56,673 nucleotides of DNA, taken from Blastocatellia bacterium. GTDB lineage: Bacteria > Acidobacteriota > Blastocatellia > RBC074. The notes under the pieces are model-generated. The model saw nothing but the letters and a program-made list of their open reading frames with translations, did no database searches and was not told where the DNA came from. Shown one piece after another: positions 51,869 to 56,673 of the stretch. The position numbers and the translations under genes are program-made. Numbering within the stretch: position 1 is the first letter of the stretch; each line of letters begins with the position of its first letter. The stretch is taken from the NCBI GenBank assembly GCA_043775925.1, contig JAYVRW010000281.1, positions 1-56,673 on the forward strand, written 5' to 3'.

Positions 51869-53329
51869 TTATTGTCCCTGACCAAGCGAATAGCCCAATT
51901 CACCGTCGAACGTGCAGAGCGTTTCGAGCTTGATAAATTCCAATCCGAGCGCCGTGATGCGGTTCAGCAGATTGACGATTTGGGGCGTGCCGAGCGCTCC
52001 GTCGGTTTCGTTTCCCATAAAGCGGCAGCGCCAATGGTCGGTGCAGAAAGTTTCGGACATTCCCCCGGGGAAAACTTTCACGCCGCGATTTGTAATCATC
52101 TGCAACTGAACCTCGTCGTCGTTCGCTGTTTGCAGAATAGCGCCCAAATCGTCGGGTGAACCGCCGCGCCATTCGAGGAAAATGTCAACGCCGACCGTTT
52201 CTTTGCGGATTGATGTTTCATCAATCATCGGTTTGTATTCGGTGGAAATCGTTTCGTTCAGTTGCGCGTAAACGGCTTTTTTGAGCGTTTCGGGCGATTG
52301 ACCGATTCTTTGCGACACGGCTTGAGCAAATTCTATTGTGCCGACGACTTGCTTACTCGTTCTTTCCTTGAAAATGTCGTTAGTATGAATGCCGTCTTCA
52401 ATCGTGCGAAGCCAGGCGTTATGGATGAGTTCGGCGATATTCGATTGTCCGATGTGGACGAGCATCATAATCGCGCCGTGCAGCAAACCCGACGGATTCG
52501 CTTTATTTTGATTGGCAATGTCCGGCGCACTGCCGTGAATCGCCTCGAACATTGCGATATGCTTACCGATATTCGCCGAACCCGCCAGACCGACCGAACC
52601 GGCGATTTGCGCAGCGACATCCGATAAAATATCGCCGTAAAGATTCGGCATCACGATGACATCGAAATCCTCCGGCGTGTCTGCCAATTTAGCCGCGCCG
52701 ATGTCCACAATCCAATGCTCGTTTTCTATTCCTTCGTATTCGGCAGCGATTTCATTAAAGACATTATGAAAAAGCCCGTCGGTCATTTTCATAATGTTGT
52801 CTTTGGTAAAGCACGTTACTTTTTTGCGATTGTTCAAACGCGCGTATTCAAAAGCGTAGCGCACGATTTTTTCGCAACCCGGACGAGTTATCAACTTGAG
52901 ACATTGATAAACCTGTCTCGTCTGCCGATGCTCGATTCCGGCGTAAAGGTCTTCTTCGTTTTCGCGGACAATGATCAAATCCATTACCGGATGCTTTGTG
53001 CGGACGAACGGCGCGTAGGAAACGCACGGGCGCACATTGGCATAAAGACCGAGAGTTTTTCGCACCGTCACGTTCAAAGATTTGTAGCCGCCGCCCTGCG
53101 GAGTCGTAATTGGAGCTTTCAAAAAAACTTTGGTGCGCCGCAAGCTCTCCCACGCCTCGGGCGCAATGCCGGCGGTGTTGCCCGCCAGATAAACTTTCTC
53201 GCCGATGTCAATTGTCTCGATGTCAATCCGCGCTCCCGCTTCTTTTAAGATGTGCAGTGTTGCGTCCATAATTTCCGGTCCGATGCCGTCGCCGTGCGCG
53301 ACTGTAATCGGAGTTTTAGAATCAGTCAT
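51869..53329 (-). CDS. icd: NADP-dependent isocitrate dehydrogenase (long C-terminal type)
   Basis: [85 protein letters not shown]. Confidence 0.96.
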   Translation of the reverse strand: MTDSKTPITVAHGDGIGPEIMDATLHILKEAGARIDIETIDIGEKVYLAGNTAGIAPEAWESLRRTKVFLKAPITTPQGGGYKSLNVTVRKTLGLYANVRPCVSYAPFVRTKHPVMDLIIVRENEEDLYAGIEHRQTRQVYQCLKLITRPGCEKIVRYAFEYARLNNRKKVTCFTKDNIMKMTDGLFHNVFNEIAAEYEGIENEHWIVDIGAAKLADTPEDFDVIVMPNLYGDILSDVAAQIAGSVGLAGSANIGKHIAMFEAIHGSAPDIANQNKANPSGLLHGAIMMLVHIGQSNIAELIHNAWLRTIEDGIHTNDIFKERTSKQVVGTIEFAQAVSQRIGQSPETLKKAVYAQLNETISTEYKPMIDETSIRKETVGVDIFLEWRGGSPDDLGAILQTANDDEVQLQMITNRGVKVFPGGMSETFCTDHWRCRFMGNETDGALGTPQIVNLLNRITALGLEFIKLETLCTFDGELGYSLGQGQ

Positions 53330-53483
53330 TTTTTCTATACCTGCCTTTTTAATAATTTATGAATCAATAATTTTTTAAGTTTTAGAGAGCGTCCGCACCG
53401 CAAAACACACTTCTACCCGCAGCAAAATCACCTTGATTTTGCTCGAATCAAAAAAATAACTTTTCACAAATTCTCTGTTTCCG

Positions 53484-53885
53484 CTACGGGCGGCTGACCA
53501 TCACTTCGGTCGCTTTGAAAAGGGCGTGAACCGTCATTCCTTTTTTCAAGCCCAGCTCCTCGCAACCGCGTCTCGTGATAATCGAAACTATCTGTTGACC
53601 GCCGACTTCAATCGTTACTTCGGAAAACAAGCCTTCGGTGCTAATTTCCGTGACCGTTCCCAAAAGGCGATTTCGGACACTGATCGGCTCGTAATATGAA
53701 TTCGGTTTCGCGGCTTCGATTGCCGCTTTCCCTCCGGTCAGCCGTTCGACTTCTTTGGGCGGAATCCGATGATGCCCGCCGGGCGTTTTCACCGATTCGA
53801 TTTTGCCGTCGTAAATCCACTGCTTGATAGTCGGATAACTGATGCCAATCAGCTTCGCCGCATCTTTCGGCTTAAAACTCTCCAT
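53484..53885 (-). CDS. Excisionase-type HTH + TOBE domain regulator (ModE-like, molybdate-responsive)
   Basis: PKDAAKLIGISYPTIKQWIYDGKI..VKTPGGHHRIP followed by SVRNRLLGTV...SIIT...ALFKATEVMV. Confidence 0.88.
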   Translation of the reverse strand: MESFKPKDAAKLIGISYPTIKQWIYDGKIESVKTPGGHHRIPPKEVERLTGGKAAIEAAKPNSYYEPISVRNRLLGTVTEISTEGLFSEVTIEVGGQQIVSIITRRGCEELGLKKGMTVHALFKATEVMVSRP

Positions 53886-53969
53886 ATGCGCATTTATACA
53901 ATTCTAACGATTAATGTCAAAGGCAAATTGATAAATCATACGATAATATACGAATTTTATTCTTAACCC

Positions 53970-54017
53970 AAAATTGCGAACAGCCGATTTCGATAAAATC
54001 TATTCGTTCGCAATTTT
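53970..54017. repeat. Nested hairpin
   Basis: AAAATTGCGAAC / GTTCGCAATTTT, perfect 12-bp arms with inner GATTT/AAATC. Confidence 0.7.
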
Positions 54018-54384
54018 CTAAAAGAATAATATATAGGCGTTGCCTTGCCATTTACGAAATGGTTTACGCTAAGAGATATAAAAATGTAGGTGTAGCGTAA
54101 AGCGATATTTAGGTAATGCTTTGGTAGACTTTTTTGCCATCTTTTCAATTGCCCAAGTCCCTGCCATCGCTTCAAATGTAGCGTGCCATTTCATTAAAGC
54201 CTCTGAAGACGTTGCCTCGAAAGCCTGTAAATAAAGGCGATGCGAGTTACATACAAAATTGTATGGCTTAGCGTAAACGGCTTCGCAAAAGGCAACGCTA
54301 CCCCTTCTTGCTCTGAGTACGACTGTGATAATTTAACTTCAGTGGTTATTTATGAGCAGATTTTCTATCTATCATTATTACTTG

Positions 54385-54414
54385 AGCCATACAAAAAAAC
54401 TGTAGTGTATGGTT
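54385..54414. other. Degenerate copy of the CCATAC-N14-GTATGG dyad site
   Basis: AGCCATACAAAA-AAACTG-TAGTGTATGGTT. Confidence 0.6.
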
Positions 54415-54656
54415 GCTCGAACATCACTTGCTGATTTCAAAGAGGATGTCGTTGACTTAGCACCTGAAGATTGCACTGTGGTGTTCAGTTCGTAAATTTT
54501 TCTCAGCCCGTTGAGACGCTAATAACATAAGGCGGTTATTTCCTTAGTAGCCAAATATTTGTCAGACATTTTATCACTGTATTGATTAGTTGGCTTGTTT
54601 CGATAGGTTGGCACACCGCCGATAACATTCATTTTATAAAAATCCGGCAGAAAATT

Positions 54657-54854
54657 TTATTGCAAAAACGGATTGAGTTTTCTCTCTCGTCCGATTGTTG
54701 TATTCGGGCCGTGACTGGGGACGACTATGGTTTCGTCAGGGAGTGTGACTAATTTTCTTTGCAGTGATTCGATGATTTGTTCATACGATCCGCCCCACAA
54801 ATCGGTACGCCCGATAATGCCGAAAAATAACGTGTCGCCCGCGTAAAATCCCAC
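54657..54854 (-). pseudogene. C-terminal fragment of an MBL-fold hydrolase (glyoxalase II/YcbL-like)
   Basis: AGDTLF..IIGRTDLWGGS...LPDETIVVPSHGPNTTIGRERKLNPFL; the HxHxDH region is absent because the TonB receptor gene ends about 50 nt upstream. Confidence 0.82.
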
Positions 54855-54907
54855 ATTATCAGGCGTATGAAAGCAAACTCTACGGTGATTTTTTATTATT
54901 CCCAGTC

Positions 54908-56673
54908 TTAAAAATTAAACTTAAACCCAAGCTGGAAAATACGTGCATCCAACGCCGTTGGGCTGCGCGTGGTGAAATCGGGTAAGGCGGCGGCAAGCAC
55001 TCCCGCTGCATCGGTCGTTACCGTACTGTTCAATGAGAAGATGCTCTTCTTATTGAAGACGTTGACGAATTCGCCGAAGACTTCGGCGCGGTAGCGTTCG
55101 GTGAAGGTCAGAAAACGCGAGAAGCGGACATCGGTGTTCACCTGTTTCGGCGTGCGACCTGTGTTGCGACCAATAAATAAAGGGCGATCAGAGCCGGCAA
55201 TGCCGTCCCCGTTGAGGTTCAGGTTCGAGACGATATTGAATGTCTCTCCATTATTCGCTGTCGTAATGATGCCCAGTTGGTTGTCATTCACCAGACGCTC
55301 CAAAGCTTTATTCGAGACCTTGAACGTTGGCTTGCCGACGAAGCTGAACACAAAGGTATGACGTTGATCGGCGAGCGAATTCCCGCGATCACGGCGGCGA
55401 TTGGTTGGATCGGACAATGAATACGCAGTGGCGGCGACGATATTTTGTTCAGGAGAATCATCAATCGAATGCGACCACGTATAGTTCAGGCTAAACTGAT
55501 AACCTTCGGAGAAGCGTTTGTTCAGCGAAAAAACTCCGGCCATGTAATCCGAATTACCAACTGATTCCGCGATAATTATATTATTGAAGGCGGGGTTAGC
55601 GCGTGTCGCAGCACTTGCCGTAGTACTGTAAACAGAGCGTCCGTCAGCCAACGTTGAAGTCGGATTGATCGGATTGATGTCACGATACACCGGCAAATGA
55701 TTTCCGCGTGAATGAATCGCGCCAATTGTCACCGAATAATTTTGCGACAAGGCTTGTTCCAATTGGACGTTGGTATGGAACACTGCCATGTTCACAAAAT
55801 CAGGCGAAAGACCTTCTACGCTTGAGGCTGTAAAATTTGGCGTTGCGCCCAAACGATTCGGGAAAGCAGGAGCGCCAGCGGCAGTGCCTGCGATATTGAA
55901 TTGGAAGAAAATCGGGCTGCCGTTATTTTGCAATCCACGACGATACATATCAATCAAAGGTGGATCGTAATAAAGTCCGGCGCTGGCGCGGATGACGGTC
56001 GGATGATTGCCTTCGCGCAAGCCGTAGACGATGCCCAAACGCGGCGCAAAATTATTTTTGTCTACTTTGAAATCACGTGAAAGCGCGAGCGGCGAAGCTT
56101 TGAGCGCATTCGGCACATTGTATAAATCGTAGCGCAAGCCGTAATTCACTTTTAAGCGCGGCGTGACTTTCCAATCGTCCTGCGCAAAGGCGTGGTAAAA
56201 CTGTGTTTGGTATGCAATGAACGGATCGCCTACGGCTTCTCGGTACTGCGTGTAGCCGAACGGTTTCAGTCCGCTCTTCGCATCCAAATAGGCTTGAATA
56301 TTGGCAAAAGTGTATTGCCCGAATTGGCGCGACCTGCGTTCGTCGCCAATGAAATTAAATCCACCGCCAACTTTCATCGTATGATTGCCGTGTGTCATAG
56401 TGACGTTATCAATCAGTTGATTGGACTTTTGCAGCGGCTGCACTAAATCATCAACCGGAGCGCCAAAATTCGCTACGCCAGCAATCACGAGCGTCAAGCC
56501 CTGACCGGAATTAGCGTTCGATAAATTTTGGGAATAGCGGCGTGCATACTGATAACGCAGTTCATTCAAAATCGTCGGCGAAAAAACTGAAACTAATTGC
56601 ACGCTAACGGAATCTGCTGCGTCTTTGAAATCAACGCTGCGCTGCAAAGTATTGAGTCCGCCACCAATGTTGT
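54908..56673 (-). CDS. TonB-dependent receptor (Oar-like), 5'-truncated by the window edge
   Basis: Frame open to the window end; YHAFAQDDWKVTPRLKVNYGLRY, NNFAPRLG, SLNYTWSHSID, C-terminal FQLGFKFNF. Confidence 0.94.
   Translation of the reverse strand, partial: NIGGGLNTLQRSVDFKDAADSVSVQLVSVFSPTILNELRYQYARRYSQNLSNANSGQGLTLVIAGVANFGAPVDDLVQPLQKSNQLIDNVTMTHGNHTMKVGGGFNFIGDERRSRQFGQYTFANIQAYLDAKSGLKPFGYTQYREAVGDPFIAYQTQFYHAFAQDDWKVTPRLKVNYGLRYDLYNVPNALKASPLALSRDFKVDKNNFAPRLGIVYGLREGNHPTVIRASAGLYYDPPLIDMYRRGLQNNGSPIFFQFNIAGTAAGAPAFPNRLGATPNFTASSVEGLSPDFVNMAVFHTNVQLEQALSQNYSVTIGAIHSRGNHLPVYRDINPINPTSTLADGRSVYSTTASAATRANPAFNNIIIAESVGNSDYMAGVFSLNKRFSEGYQFSLNYTWSHSIDDSPEQNIVAATAYSLSDPTNRRRDRGNSLADQRHTFVFSFVGKPTFKVSNKALERLVNDNQLGIITTANNGETFNIVSNLNLNGDGIAGSDRPLFIGRNTGRTPKQVNTDVRFSRFLTFTERYRAEVFGEFVNVFNKKSIFSLNSTVTTDAAGVLAAALPDFTTRSPTALDARIFQLGFKFNF

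Noticed and set aside
53886-53965. ModE-type operator upstream of the HTH-TOBE gene
   Set aside because: AT-rich partial matches only; no convincing dyad, and no modABC genes in the window
53963-54434. Track ORFs 53963-54175 and 54240-54434
   Set aside because: They run through dyad sites in AT-rich DNA with no RBS or protein-like motifs
641-56446. Most short ORFs in the track that overlap longer genes (e.g. 2779-3279, 8355-8714, 19334-19789, 25908-26474, 47396-47938, 52715-53248)
   Set aside because: Antisense or alternate-frame shadows of well-supported genes, with no motifs or RBS
1-56673. tRNA, rRNA, tmRNA, integrase or RAYT genes
   Set aside because: None recognised by eye; a tRNAscan/Infernal run would be needed to exclude them formally

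Overview
A 56.7 kb window of bacterial chromosome, most likely from Acidobacteriota class Blastocatellia. This is inferred from gene content (Oar-type TonB receptor, secreted TPR-CHAT protein, carboxypeptidase-regulatory-domain protein), not from a marker gene. Left arm (0.1-18 kb): HlyD/ABC exporter, TPR-CHAT caspase-like protease, two secreted multidomain proteins, TPR-lytic transglycosylase, and a Phi_1/EXORDIUM-like gene flanked by a direct repeat of the 3' end of a PP2C phosphatase gene. Middle (18-33 kb): trans-sulfuration enzyme, catalytically dead PBP-fold lipoprotein, kdsB, a DUF1552 + DUF1592/1588 pair, a BON protein and a PrsK/PrsR-like two-component pair. Right arm (33-57 kb): LysR divergent from a leuA-leuB / ilvBN-ilvC-cimA-ilvD cluster interleaved with accessory genes, then an octaheme cytochrome, icd, a ModE-like regulator, gene relics and a partial TonB receptor. 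I recognised no tRNA, rRNA, CRISPR array or integrase. Best signals missed by the ORF track: (1) a 47-aa Val/Ile-rich leader peptide with terminator/antiterminator attenuator ahead of ilvB; (2) a palindromic repeat element inserted in frame inside the CHAT domain, belonging to a diverse set of at least 15 palindromic elements, several with 7-nt periodic arms; (3) an in-frame internal start in the Rpn nuclease; (4) a 59-bp att-like duplication around the Phi_1 gene; (5) a shared bipartite motif upstream of the two genes after the CHAT gene. Product names come from motif recognition by eye, with no database searches.
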